Shown: positions 25,202 to 38,238, counted from the stretch's first letter. The stretch: 64,000 nt of DNA from Syncephalis fuscata S228 (GCA_025786725.1 JAHLTZ010000044.1:1-64000); one strand, 5' to 3'. Made by a program: numbers and translations. Notes: generated by a model not told the origin, from the sequence alone.

Positions 25202-27105
25202 ATGGACGCAGCTCAATCCCATGGCAATTGTGCATTGCATGCGGTAATTCCAAGCCGACATATTCGCGGTAAGTCAATAGCTGTCCTTTTTTCTTAATTA
25301 GCGCTGGCCGATATTAACTAGTTGGTATTAATAGCATTTTCCAAAATACTACAATGTCTTTCCCGTATAGGAGACGAGCTTTATATCGAGGCGTATCCTA
25401 ACAAAGTAGGCTATTTTACACGCTATTAATAAACAAAAATCTAACATCTACCTAGCTACTCTTATCCACCGTCAATCAAGCACGATCTGTCGTCGCGATG
25501 ATCCATTGCAATGCCCGGTTTTTTGAGACCTATCAAGTAAGATCAGGATCTGCCTATCAGCAACATACTAGTAATGGATTCAATCAGCATAACACGGCAT
25601 CAACATTCCATTTGGACGAGGATACAGCACCGCATTGCCGTGTTCAACTTAAAGTAAGCAAAACAGTCGTAATGAATAGATTCGACACCACTTTATCTAC
25701 AGTGTATTTACTAATACACTGCAACAAACTAGGCATTGCTCTCTATGTTCCGTACATCTAGTTCAATTGATAAAAGTGTTGAACAAGCTGAACTATTACT
25801 TGAAGATGGCCAATTAGGCCATCCTGAGTGTCGATTCAACGTTCGTCTCTCCTGCAAACATGGTATGTACTACTTATTAGCCTATTTCACTTTCTACAAC
25901 GTAATCTTCATAACTAGGTGTTGTAATGGCCCGTCATTTATTTTATGAAGTAGGAGAACCTCTTCGGGCCATCTATAACAAGCAGTCATGTCGCTACTCT
26001 TGGCGTGCCTCGTCAAAAACACTTGGTGACTGGATGGCCTATTTCCAGCCTCGTCTTGGCGAATTGACAACCATATGTACACCAACAGGCATTAAACTGC
26101 GTAGCTTTGACGAAACAAATCTAACTGTACCATTTAGTAAGTTTGCAAATAGCAACTACACGCATTCACTTATATACAATTACTAGATGATGCACAGGCA
26201 CTATTACGTACTGAGCTATCGGCTGATATAACAGAGTTTGAGCGATATCAAGTTGAATCACCAGTCGAGTTAACCTTTGGATTAAAAGAATTTAAAGTAA
26301 TTATTAGTAATTTTATTTATAATATCCATAACATTTATTTATAATTTGTATAGGTTATTGTCCAATTGGCCGAGAATTTAACTGCACCTTTATCGGCTCA
26401 TTTCGAACAAGAAGGCAGGTAAGTTATCGCTGCTCGCTGTTGTTAATAATTTTATTTGTAACAATATGTAATAAACCAGTCCAATGCTATTATGTATTGC
26501 ACATCATGAATTGGTGACAGCCGACTTTATTGTATCTACCGTAACCGATATGACAACTACAATGCCCACTGGCATGTCCAGTCAAGCGTCGATTAGTGAA
26601 GCTGACCCACTTGACGCAGCATTAAGAGCATCTCCGCAAACGGCGCTTATCCTTCATCGAATGGCGCTACACGACATCAACCACCTCTTGTAGGTGAATC
26701 ATCAATACTACACCAAGAACCACTATCCCATCCACATCCTTCTTTATTGCCATCCACCAATGTTATGGATACTTCTTATTCATTTGTAAGTAATTTGTAT
26801 TACTACTTTATATATCACTAATTAGTCAATTACTGGTCATTAGCTGCATCCAAGTCATTTAACACATCCACGCAATGGATATGGTGACAATGACAACGAT
26901 GATGACTCTGTATGTGAAGATAGTGATGTAGAAAGCACTATAGGCGATGAATCATATGAACAGCCGTTACAACAACAAAGCACTGCACCACAACCTACAT
27001 ATCCTTCAACGTCTTCGTCAAACAAAAAGGTAACAAGCACTAATACGTCCATCTCTATCCATTCATTAATCAATTATAATTTTATAGGCTCGTTTACTAT
27101 TTTAA
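25202..27105 (+). CDS. RAD9: Rad9/Ddc1 subunit of the 9-1-1 checkpoint clamp, multi-exon
   Basis: Spliced N-terminus AFSKILQCLSRIGDELYIEAYP..LSTVNQARS..FFETY, then CKHG, ELTFGLKEFK, AHFEQEG. The exact C-terminal exon structure is less certain. Confidence 0.85.
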
Positions 27106-27237
27106 ATCAATATCCTAGTGGACAGCTTTATTACTAAGAAAACAATAGCATTATCCATCGCCTTATTCTTATATTCAACAGTTAATCTTAATAAAACATC
27201 AAACACATGATACGCACAAACATAGCATATACACATG

Positions 27238-30200
27238 TTATGGATGAATACCAGGTTCCTGATGGATACCAGGTGGTTCGAAATAGAAAGATGCAACAAA
27301 TACTAAATAGGCGATTGTTAAAATCGAGCCCTTAAAATAGTTTGATTTGCCTTCGATATAAATATACGTCAGTAAAAAGACGGAAAGTATCGAAACAACT
27401 ACATCCCATGTCGGGAATAATAGCCTATATAGAACATGGGTTAATTCAAGTATCTATAATGTACAATAACTTACAAGAATCCACGGTGTGCAACATCAAC
27501 GACACCCCAGTTAAGCCATACGCTAAAGGCTACCACAGCGGGTATTTGTAGTAATGTCACTTGAACAGCGTAGGCTGATCCGATTTCCATACTAATGATT
27601 ACAATCATGATCATTATCATTAGTAAATAATAATAACAACGCCAATAGTGCAAAATATTAATAATTAATAAAATCTGTTTCTTACCTTAAAGCAATGTTG
27701 CCGTAAAGAGCAAAAGCAATCGCATTGGTGAATTCAGTAACATTAGGAACTAGAGCAAATAGAGTAACACCAAGGAACTTTTCCTCAAGTGTCAAATTCT
27801 CCATAACTTCATCGACCGTATCCACCAGCAATTCTATTTGTGCACTGGTAAATTAAATGTATAAACCGCATTGTATTTACTTACCGGCAACAGCAGCAAA
27901 TAGAACAGTACAGCTTAGTAGAACAACGCTACTCTTTAGCTTACTCCATTCGGGTGCATCATGACCACCATGGCCACCACCATCACCATGGGCACCGCCA
28001 GCCTGATTCGCCTTTTGTGCTTCATCCTCTATTAATATCTGGGCTGGTTGCATAACATCAAGTGGAATGGCCACGTTAAGCGTGTGACCTGTTGGATTCT
28101 CACAAGATCCAGTCGTTGAATTGACGCCGATATTGAACCATGAGAAACAGGTGCAGAGGGTGGATGAGCCTGAGTGTGTCCTTGTGCACCATTAACACTA
28201 TTGATGTTCGTGCCATTAATAGTAGCCGTTGATGACCGGTTAGTAGCAGCAGGAGCAGATACTGGCGCCCGAATCGGTCCATTAGCCTGGCTGTTGGATC
28301 CACCCAGCATTGGTGGCATTTGCTGTAATAGCCGCTTGTAGAATGAGGCACGCAATGCATTGGCATTTTCTTGTTGCGTTGGCTCTTGATGGTAGATTAG
28401 TTTAACATGTGTACGTAGTGTGAACCATAATGCCACCAGATAAGCCTATAGTCATTCATTGTATGCGTATTAGTTTAATACAAGATAAGCCAGTGCTATT
28501 ACTTACCAAAGGCAGCATAGCCGTACAGATATACATCAATGGCTTTGTATTTGATTGGAAAAAGGCATCTTCTTCAGGTTTGGTCTGGTCGTAAACACAT
28601 TGATCGCATCGCCAGTTTTGACCTTGTATTATTAATTAGTAAATAGGCATTGTTATAAATTAATCACTTATTTACCTGGTAGATAATCTACTGGACAACC
28701 TTGGCAAGTCAGTTTGAACTAAATGATAATTAGCACTATTAACTATGTGCTGACTCGTTAATTACTTACACTACCGTAGATTTGATGGAATAGCGTAGGA
28801 GTGAACACACCAATAAGTGACAGAATCAACATAGTCGACGTGACACCGGCGCTCTTGGAATTAAACTTTTGTTCTTTACGCCGTATACCGCCACTCAACA
28901 TACTCAGTCCTGGCAATAGCAATAAACCGCAGAGTAAACTGCCAATTAAACTGCCTTCAACGAGCTCTTCTTTGCCTTGAAGAATAGCAAAACAGTAAAG
29001 AATGACTTCAACAATACTGCCAAATGTAGCATTGATTACCGCACCCATGCCGAGAGAGGACTGTGCACTAATACTAGACACTGCCATACCAATGAAATAC
29101 GCCAACGGAATAACACTGCAAAGACACATCGCAAAAATGGTACCTGGCTTTGTGAATACATTTTCGTGGTCTGTATATGGTCTAAGTATATGCGCACAGA
29201 ATAGAACAAAAAATACGAGTGGCAAAGATTGATGAAAAAGATATTAATACCATCATAGGTGTACTTGTAGTAGCGTAGTCCGCTTGCTTTGTAGGTACAT
29301 AGCAATACGGTAGAATTGGGTGACCGAGTTGCACCACTTCTGAATCGAAGTGAAAGTGGTGAAAGAGCAAGATGCGAGCCAATCCTTTGTTTAACTTGGC
29401 CATTGGCAACGTGAAAACAAAGAACCAACAAATGGCCGACATTAAATAAAGCATAGGTGCTATTATCATTAATTCATTAATTAGTATTGCTATTATTATA
29501 TTGTATAATGTATATAACCACTTACCGATGACCAAAAAGAACGTTAAGTAGTAAACAGCGCCGCCTATACCTAATCGCCATATACTAGTGGCCCAGTTAT
29601 GTGCAGCAATTCCTGGCGGTTGATAGCCTGGTAATTGATCATGCCCAATGGTCTCTGCTTCCTCAAGTTCATTTTCGTCTTCACTGGCATCGCCGTATAT
29701 AGATCGAACGGCAATTGAACGCAACGTCCCTTGCTGTTCCAATGCAGCCCATTCCGAACGCATTTCATCAGTAACACTGCTACTCCACCGATCACGTGTA
29801 ATACGCTCTACACAGCGTCCAAATGGCCAAAATAGATACCAGCCAAGTCCACGGAACACACGAGCATAGGGGCGGCCAGTGCGTACTAGCATAAGTGGCA
29901 CTGAGACTGAGAATGCAACAATGGACATCCACCAGCCAGCCAATAACAGCCAAAGAACATTATCGATAGAAATATAACGCTGAGCTGATGGCATAGAATG
30001 AACCGCAGACTCAGCTGCACGTTGCACTGATCGATCCTTTTTATACAACGCCGGCTTCCATAATGGCAAACCAAAAGGATGAGAGCTATTAATTGCCTTG
30101 TATACATCATTAGCTTACATGTGAATAAATACTACTATAAAAGCCAATTACTTACCTCTTGTCGATCTTTAAGTGTCATTTCATGATCACTTAGCATATC

Positions 30201-31562
30201 ATAGTCTTCTTCATCCTCATCGTCGTCATGGACAATATATTGGGAATTTGGATTACGTGACGTGCTTGCTTCACCGTTTCGTGCAGCATTAAATCCAGCT
30301 GACTCGTTGGACATTAAACTGCTACTCATGTTGTTTCCACCGTCGCTAACATAGGCTGATTGAGCACGACGTAGACGTGCGCGTCGTTTACGAATAAGAC
30401 GACGGCGACGATGGCGTCTTTGAGCTCGTTTTCTTTCTTCTGGATCGCCATAATCGTCGGTATCTGATGTTGAACCGCTTAAATAGTCGCCCTCTTCAAT
30501 TAAATCGTCCAATTCTTCTAGCTCGCTTTCTGTACGTTCTCGTTCGCTATCTGCATAAGCAGAAGTTGAAGCACGTCGAGGACGTGCAGGACGACGAGCT
30601 CGTCGCCGTTCTGAATGTCCCATAGTATTGCTGTTATACTGATTTGGACTTGGTGCCACTTCGTCCACGCCAGCAAACGTAATAGGACGTGGATTTGTAT
30701 TGGCGCCACGACGATAGAAGTAGTCGCGCGACTGATCAGATGGAGCAGGTGATGGCTGGATTGATGCTACACCGCCTGGTGCAGAAGTAGGAGCTGTTAA
30801 TGGCTGACCGTCATTAGCTGATGGAGATAAATGAATAGCGCTCGGCGGTCGTTGATCTGATGCAAAAGCATTGGGTCCAGGTAGAGCCGGTCGTTTTCCA
30901 GGCATTGTGGTACTTGAAATAGCTGGCTCGGACGACGATAATGCTGCTGCTACTTCAGGTGACGTTAATGGCGATAGAATAGAAGTATTACCTCTGGCCA
31001 ATGCATCTTCATGCACCATGGTGCCGGTAGAGTTGTTGGACTGCAAAGAAGCAGAACGTGCCATACTAGAGCCGACAGTAGCATCCACCGATGGTGCAAC
31101 CGCCGACGGCTCATCTGGATTAAAGTTAACAAACGATAATCGCTGTAAAGCCGGACTGAGTGTATGCGATGTAAGATCGGCCACGGGATGAGTAACACCG
31201 AGTTGTCCATTGCCGTTGGCTTCGTTTGACGATGCTGTTGCGGGTTCAGCTGTACCAACAGTGGCATTGGCAGCCGAGTAATCATTACTATCGTTAGCTA
31301 ATAGCGACTCATTTCCATCGGCTGCTGCTGCTGCTGTTGAACGACCAAGATCCGCAGCAATCATACTATCGTTACCTGCATCTTCAGCTCCTATATCGCC
31401 GGTAGACATATCTTGCAACAGCGACTGGTCGTCGTCGTCACGTTCCGGCGTCATGTTACCCGCGGCAGTATAGAAACTATTGAAAGAGCCGAGTGTAGAG
31501 GCAGTAGAGAGACGCTGGGGATCAGGTACTGGTATACTGTACTGATCACCACTGCTAGGCAT
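27238..31562 (-). CDS. VNX1: Vnx1-like vacuolar cation/H+ exchanger (CaCA family) with a long disordered N-terminus; several 1-nt frameshifts
   Basis: TLKDRQE, FGLPLWKPALYKK, YLFWPFG, YYKYTYDGINI, GMGAVINATFGSIVE, GHDAPEWSKLKS, VPNVTEFTNA, EGKSNYFKGS. Multiple GT-AG introns. Confidence 0.88.
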
Positions 31563-32290
31563 GACCAAGCTGCCAAGAAAGAAAAGAAGTTAAACAATAA
31601 ACAGCGGACGGGGTGCGTATGTGCGTGTGCGTAGGTATGTGCAAAGGAGTAGTGATGTTAAGGTAAAGAAGATGCGAGTAGATGTTAAAAAACCACTAAA
31701 ATGCCTAAATAATCGCTGTGTTGTTATGATAGTGGTCATTTGAGTGGGCATAAATCACGCTATGAGCACATTCAACACAATTACATCATTTGGCTAACCA
31801 GTGATCTCAATTGGCTCAACAGTCACATAGTCACCTGATAATTCACCTGATTATACTTTATGCCCCTATCCTTAAATTGAAGAATAAAAATATCCATAAC
31901 TCAAATAAATCGTCGATCAATTTTTAATACTAAAAAATATTATTTTTTGATGCGACACTATGTCAGTTTTGTTTGAATTAGTTGAAGATAAACCAGTCCG
32001 CATAATTTCAATATTTAATACTAGTGTTAATAAATGTTAAATAGTATTTCATGTTACTTACAATAAAGTATAATAAATAAATGTTGATCCATATTATTGT
32101 TGCTGTAAATTATTCAAAGCATTGCAATTTGATATTTAATGTCACTCACCATTCAGCTCCATGTTTAGTAAAACAACAAATGTGTAGTTTAATCAAGTAA
32201 AGAATGTCAATTTCGATCTTTTGACACTAAATCATATAAGTTTACTAATAAATTAATTAACATTAGTGAGCATTATACTTTGACTCCTAA

Positions 32291-32929
32291 TTTTTATTTA
32301 CTCATTTGCCATCTTTTCTTATTACTATATTATTGTTCTATTCAGCAATATATTATGTTATAATGCCAAATATAACAATATAAATACATGTGTATTTGAA
32401 CATCAATAAAAACACTATTCAATCTCTAGTCTTTATTTTTCTTATTTTAATTAACACGTGTTCAAGTAACCTCAACGGCATGCCGTATATTCTGGTTACA
32501 GTTTTCGCCACAATATCTTCCTGGTGAATACACTTAGCCTATCATTATTGCATATGGTGGAAGCCGATTTGCTTCATCAATGGTTGGCAAAGCATCTGCA
32601 TATACCAAGTTGATACCAACAATGCTCAAGAAAATGATGAACATCAGAAATGCTAGTCGTCCTACATTTTTTGTCGCCATAGACGCGTATCTTACATTGT
32701 AAATATGCCCAAGATGCAACAATAAAAGATTGGAAAATAGAATAAACAATTTAAGTTCAACAAGCCATGCTGTACGTAGATGCAATAACGACAATGACTG
32801 AGAAACGACATGGAATCGCAATCGTATGGTTTCTATTAATATTTGATCAATCTTTCTACACATGGGCAACAATAACAATTAGCTTCGTGAATTTCAAAGA
32901 AATCAAATAGTATGTTACATTCTTTATTT
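32291..32929. repeat. ~640-bp segmental duplication, copy 1 (contains a short signal-peptide ORF, 32680-32534 minus)
   Basis: Highly similar direct copy at 40159-40802. Its upper part also recurs inverted at ~44411-44619 and, diverged, at ~47382-47490. Confidence 0.85.
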
Positions 32930-35097
32930 AAATAAATTTATTAACTGCATTTTAATAGGAAGCAATATAATTATGTTATGCATAACAGCCATTGAAATAA
33001 ATTTGCTTTGAGGATTCGAAAAGTAAAAGTTAGAATGAAATGGAAATTCTTGAGCAATGCCCATTTTTTAATTCCCAATTTTTTAAGTTCCATAATAATA
33101 AACTACAATTTTAAATAAGCATAAATAAAATTATTATCAATTTTTTATTAAGAAAATATATCTAAATGTCTACCAAACTATCTAAAAATCTATGTTTATT
33201 AGTATTGAAAAACTGAATATTGCCACTAATGAGTTTAGACTTGTTGGCAATTACAATTTTAAGAGGAAAATATCGATTCAAGAATATTACAGCTTACCTG
33301 TCCTCATAAAGACCGCTTCAGCAAGTATCAGTTTGTTTTGACTGTCAAAAGCAAAAGACTGGACTAGTAGAAATCGTTCAATGTGATTTAACCATTCTAA
33401 TAATTGTGCATATGATTGTGGTAATAATAATATTAAATATATTAATGAGTTTATTACAAATGATGTCGCTACATTCTCAATTATGAAAAGGCATTTTTAT
33501 TATTATTTGAATAATATTATTATGTATTTATAATGTTGTTGAAACATAAATAAAAGTTACAAAGCTAAAAATCCTTGATGGGAGAAAGCTAATTATAATA
33601 AATGCAATAATTTTAATTTAAAACTCTGTTTATTTACGTAGTTTAGTCAATTGTGGCAATATTAAAAGCAATGCCCATTGTATTTTATTTGTTAAAAGAC
33701 TTCCTGCAACATACCTGTGGCAAACGCAACTAAAAAACACAATACAAGAACAGGCTCTGTAAGAATTAGTATTAATAATATTAAGCTAGTAGTTAATGTT
33801 AAAAACAACCGTTTTTATTGAAAAATACAACTACTAATGAAACAACTATCAAAATAAATAAAGTGTAACGTAAACATAAATGATATAATTAATATTTTTT
33901 TAAAAATATAAAATTGACCAACAAATAAAATTATACTGGTTTGTTTAAAGCGTTTCAAATATCAAATTTAGCAATTGAACAATTCCAAATTACATGAAAG
34001 TATTATTGTTTTGATTAACTCAAATTAATTAGTTGGTGTATTAATCAAGAGTGAAGACATGCAAAATAAAACCGTCAGCATGGCATTTGTCATTGATAAA
34101 CTAAAACAATCTACTCGCAACATCCATTCCTAAACATCGTAGTAGTTCCTCCAATGTTCTAATTTAGAAAAGCCATGAAGCATAGCGAAAAAAGCTTAAA
34201 AGGGTGTTGTGGCGGATCATTTAAACCACTTGATTTATATTAAATTTTATGATATTTGATTGCTTAATGCAATTTGGTAGTTAAATAGCTATAATAGTTG
34301 CACATTTAAACTACATATCCGCTTTATTGGAAATAAAACTGGGTGATAAGTGTCATTGGCGCTAAAATGTTTACTATTACTATTATTGTACTGTACATAT
34401 CTATCCTGTATACATATACTATATGTTCATCTATATTATTAATATTGGAAATCGTAGAAACTATATTAATAAAAGCTAAAAGTTTATTGCTAACTGTATT
34501 CTTTTAGTAGATTTTAATTTATTTCGTTCATTACTCTTGACCAATTTTATACAGTATAGTTTTACTATCACTATTCACGTAGTTGATTTGTCTATTTATT
34601 TTGGTTTATAATATTTTATACTTTATTGCCATGTTTTATTAAATAACGTTTTTATTTGAATTTCAGTATACTATTATTTGGCTATATAATAATGATAGTT
34701 TTGCTACTATTCATACCAATCTATGCTTATAGCTTACATGATATAATCATACACATTTTGTTAATTTAACTATTTAATTAATAGTTAATCATTGGATGCA
34801 AATAAAACATGATTATAGATATAACAATTTGATTGTATATAGTTAAGATGAAACCATAAGTTTATTACTATAAGCTTGCACAGTTGAATAGAAACAACTA
34901 GATGCAAGCCTGTTGATAAAATAATGATTCCATTGATTAAAGACTGGATAAACCGGAGCATTGGCCAATACTTGATATATAAATAGACTGGACGGCGTAG
35001 TTGTCAAATGGTCTTGATTTTCACCGAATATATACCTAAAGTGTATTGGAATAGTGGCTTGATTGCACTACCAATTCTGCTATCTTGAAACCATCGA

Positions 35098-38000
35098 TTA
35101 TTCTGTATTTACAAATAAATATATCATATGTTATATGATTAATGTATAAACAATCAATAAACAATGCTACTTACTGCCTATTAGTATTAAGTTATTGATA
35201 CACACATTGAATAGCATGCGATTAGCTCATAGACGATTAATATACAATATTATTTACATTCTATTAATATTAAATAATTAATATCACCAATAAATAGTAT
35301 AGTTAATTTATAGGTTATCAATATACAATATCACTTACGTTCTATTAATATTAAATGATTAATATCATTAATAGATAGTATAGCTAATGTATAGTCATTT
35401 AATATACAACATAACTTACTAGCTATTATATTAAGTTGTTGATATACACAATACATGGTATATAATTAGCTAATAGTTAACCAATATACAACACTACTTA
35501 CCGCCTATTATATTGGGTTATTAACGTACATAGTACATTGTACATAATTAGTGAATAACCAATTAACATACAACGCAGCTTACATCCTATTAATATTAAA
35601 TAATTGGTACAATCAGTAAATAGCATAGCTAATACATAGGCAATTGATATACGATACCACTTACTCTCTATTAATATTAAATAATTAATACCATTAGTAA
35701 ATAGTATGCCTAATGTATATTCAACTAATATGCAATACCACTTACTAGCTATTATATTGAGTTATTAATATACACGGTGCATAGTATATAATTAATCAAT
35801 AGTCAATTAATATACAATAAAACTTACGGCCTATTAATAAGGTTGTTGACGCACATATTACAGCATATGCAATTAGCTAATGCTCAGTTAACATATAACA
35901 CAACTTACAATCTATTAATATTAAATAATTAGTACCATTAATAAATAGCATAGTTAATTTATAGTCAGTTAATATACAATATCACCCACCATCTGTTAAC
36001 ATTAAACAATTAGCACAATTAATTAATAGCATAGTTAATGTATAGTCGATTAATATAAAATACAACTTACTAACTATTGATATTAAATAATTGATACAAA
36101 TAGTAAATAGCATGGTTAATATATATTCGATTAGTATAGAATACGACTTACTAGCTATTAGTATTAAATAATCGATACCAGCAATAAATAGTATAGTTAA
36201 TGTATATTCAGTTAATATACAATATAACTTACCCTCTATTAATATTAAATAATTGGCACAATTAATTAATAGCATAGTTAATGTATAGTCGGTTAATATA
36301 CAATACAACTTACGACCTATTAATATTAAACAATCAATGCAATTAGTAAATAGCATGGTTAATGTATATTCGATTAGTATAGAACACGACTTACTAGCTA
36401 TTAATATTCAATAATTGGTACAGTCAGTAAATAGTATAGCTAATGTATATTTAATATTACTTACGATCTATCAATATTAAACAATTGGTATAGTCAGTAA
36501 ATAGCATAATTAATGTATAGTCAATTGATATATAATACAACTTACAAGCTATTAGTATTCAATAATTGGTACAATTAACCAACATTATAATTAGTGTATA
36601 GTTAATGTATATACAATATCACTTACGATCTATTAATATTAAGTAATTAATACCATTAGTAAATAGCATACTTAATATATAGTCGGCCAATATGCAATGC
36701 TACTTACAGTCTATTAATATTAAATAATTGATACCATCAATCAATATTATAATTAGTGTGTAGTCAGCTAACATACTATAGCACTTACTGCCTATTAATA
36801 TTAAATAATTAATACCATCAATAAATAGCATAGTTAATATATAGTTAGTTAATATGAAATACCACTTACCATCTATTAATATTAAATAATTGATATTATC
36901 AATAAATAGTATGTGATTAGTCAATAGCCAATTAATATACAATACAACTTACAACCTATTAGTATTAAGTTATTGTTACACACGATACATGATATATAAT
37001 TAGTGAATATTCAGCTAATATACAACACAACTTACATTCTATTAATAAGGTTGTTGATACACACAGTACATGGGTATAGTTAGTAAGTAATTAATTGATA
37101 TATAATACAACTTACGACCTATTGTATTGTTAACACACACAATACATAATATATAATTAGTGTATAGTCAATTAATATGCAATGTTACTCGCTCACTATT
37201 CCATCAAATTATTGATACACATAGTGCATGGCATATAATTAGTTTATAAGTTGGTTGATATGCAATGCTACTTACTGCCTATTAATATTAAGTTATCGAT
37301 ATACACAGCACATAATATATGATTATTCAATGCTCAATTAATATACAATTAACTTACATTCTATTAGTATCAAGTTGTTGATATACATGGTGCATGATAT
37401 AAAATTAGCACATAGTTGATTAATATACAATACACCTTACGATCTATGGCATTAAGTTGTTGATATATGCAATACATGGTATATAGTTAATTTACAAGTC
37501 GGTTGATATGCAATGCTACTTACTGCCTATTAATATTAAGTTATTGATATACACAACACATAATATATAATTAGCCAATGCTCAATTAATATATAATATA
37601 ACCTACATTTAGCTAATATTAATTTGTATATAGATACAGTACATGGCATATAATTAGCGCATGCTTTATGGATATGTAATGCAACCTACCAGCTATTGAT
37701 ATTTGTTTGTTGATGAACACAGTAAATAACATGCAATTAGAGCATAGTCAGTTAATATGCAGTACAGCTTACGATCTATTATATCAAATAATTGGCGTCA
37801 GCAATAAATATCATAGCCAATGTATAGGCAAATAATATACAGCAACTTACCTTCTATTAATAGTAAATAATTGGTACAATCGGCAAATAGCATATGGTTA
37901 GTGCAGTCAGTTAGTACACAATACAACTTACTGGCTATTATAATCATTATTTAGAAATGCTGTTAGTAAACAAAATTCTATGCTATATTTATTGATATTG

Positions 38001-38102
38001 CAACATACCACGACGAACTAAGGCTGGCTTAGCATCCACGATGACTGTAGCGGCTATCAAAGCCACAACGACGGTGCAAACTACGGCAATAGAAAGCTTC
38101 AT
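35098..38102 (-). CDS. Micro-exon gene (37 exons, 36 introns) encoding a 68-aa secreted precursor of a 37-aa six-cysteine peptide
   Basis: Exon 1 38102-38009 encodes MKLSIAVVCTVVVALIAATVIVDAKPALVRR plus G, followed by donor GTATGT. Then 35 micro-exons, each between an AG acceptor and a GT donor (one GC). Their lowest coordinates are 37932,37851,37773,37690,37607(6 nt),37524,37441,37358,37276,37193,37116,37036,36953,36870,36789,36708,36627,36546,36465,36395,36314,36233,36152,36071,35990,35909,35828,35746,35665,35584,35502,35420,35339,35258,35175. The last coding exon is 35102-35098 (AA TAA). The spliced product reads AKDPAKCNQCMSQCYGNYPYPSQAINDCPKRCAKQCK* with no internal stop. Confidence 0.9.
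35160..37945 (-). repeat. Tandem array of ~35 diverged 70-83-bp units (mostly 81 bp); each unit is one intron plus one micro-exon
   Basis: Recurrent plus-strand motif ACTTAC-NNN-CTATT (minus strand AATAG|NNN|GTAAGT) at ~81-bp spacing, with similar intervening sequence. Confidence 0.95.
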
Positions 38103-38238
38103 GGTGATATTGATTTGTTGAGACAAAAAAATAAAAGAAATAGTAGAGTGTAGTTGGTATAGGGTGGAGAGTAGTGTGTGTTTAGCAGAGAGTAGAGTGT
38201 GATGAGGATACCGCAGTTGATTGTGTATATTTTGCGGC

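Noticed and set aside
5780-29431. Frameshifts in the 7TM gene (~5803, ~5995), SVF1 (~15720) and VNX1 (~29345, ~29225, ~28050) as programmed frameshifting or mass pseudogenisation
   Set aside because: Those examined are fixed by adding one base to a short homopolymer (e.g. CAC CCA, CTT TTG, TGG GTG) in otherwise conserved genes, which is typical of long-read consensus errors. Read-level data are needed to confirm.
33290-33770. Isolated exon-like segments with splice signals on the minus strand (e.g. PVLVLCFLVAFAT)
   Set aside because: Could not be joined into an open reading frame with a start and stop.
35982-36942. ORF-track proteins with 27-aa hydrophobic repeats (35982-36356, 36700-36942)
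   Set aside because: They are read-through translations of the 81-bp intron units. The frame is broken by stops and by 70-83-bp units, whereas splice signals are conserved in every unit.
35160-37945. Array interpreted as a CRISPR array or a plain satellite
   Set aside because: Eukaryotic context, no cas genes, and units are degenerate along their whole length with only 3-nt variable cores. The splice-site reading explains it fully.
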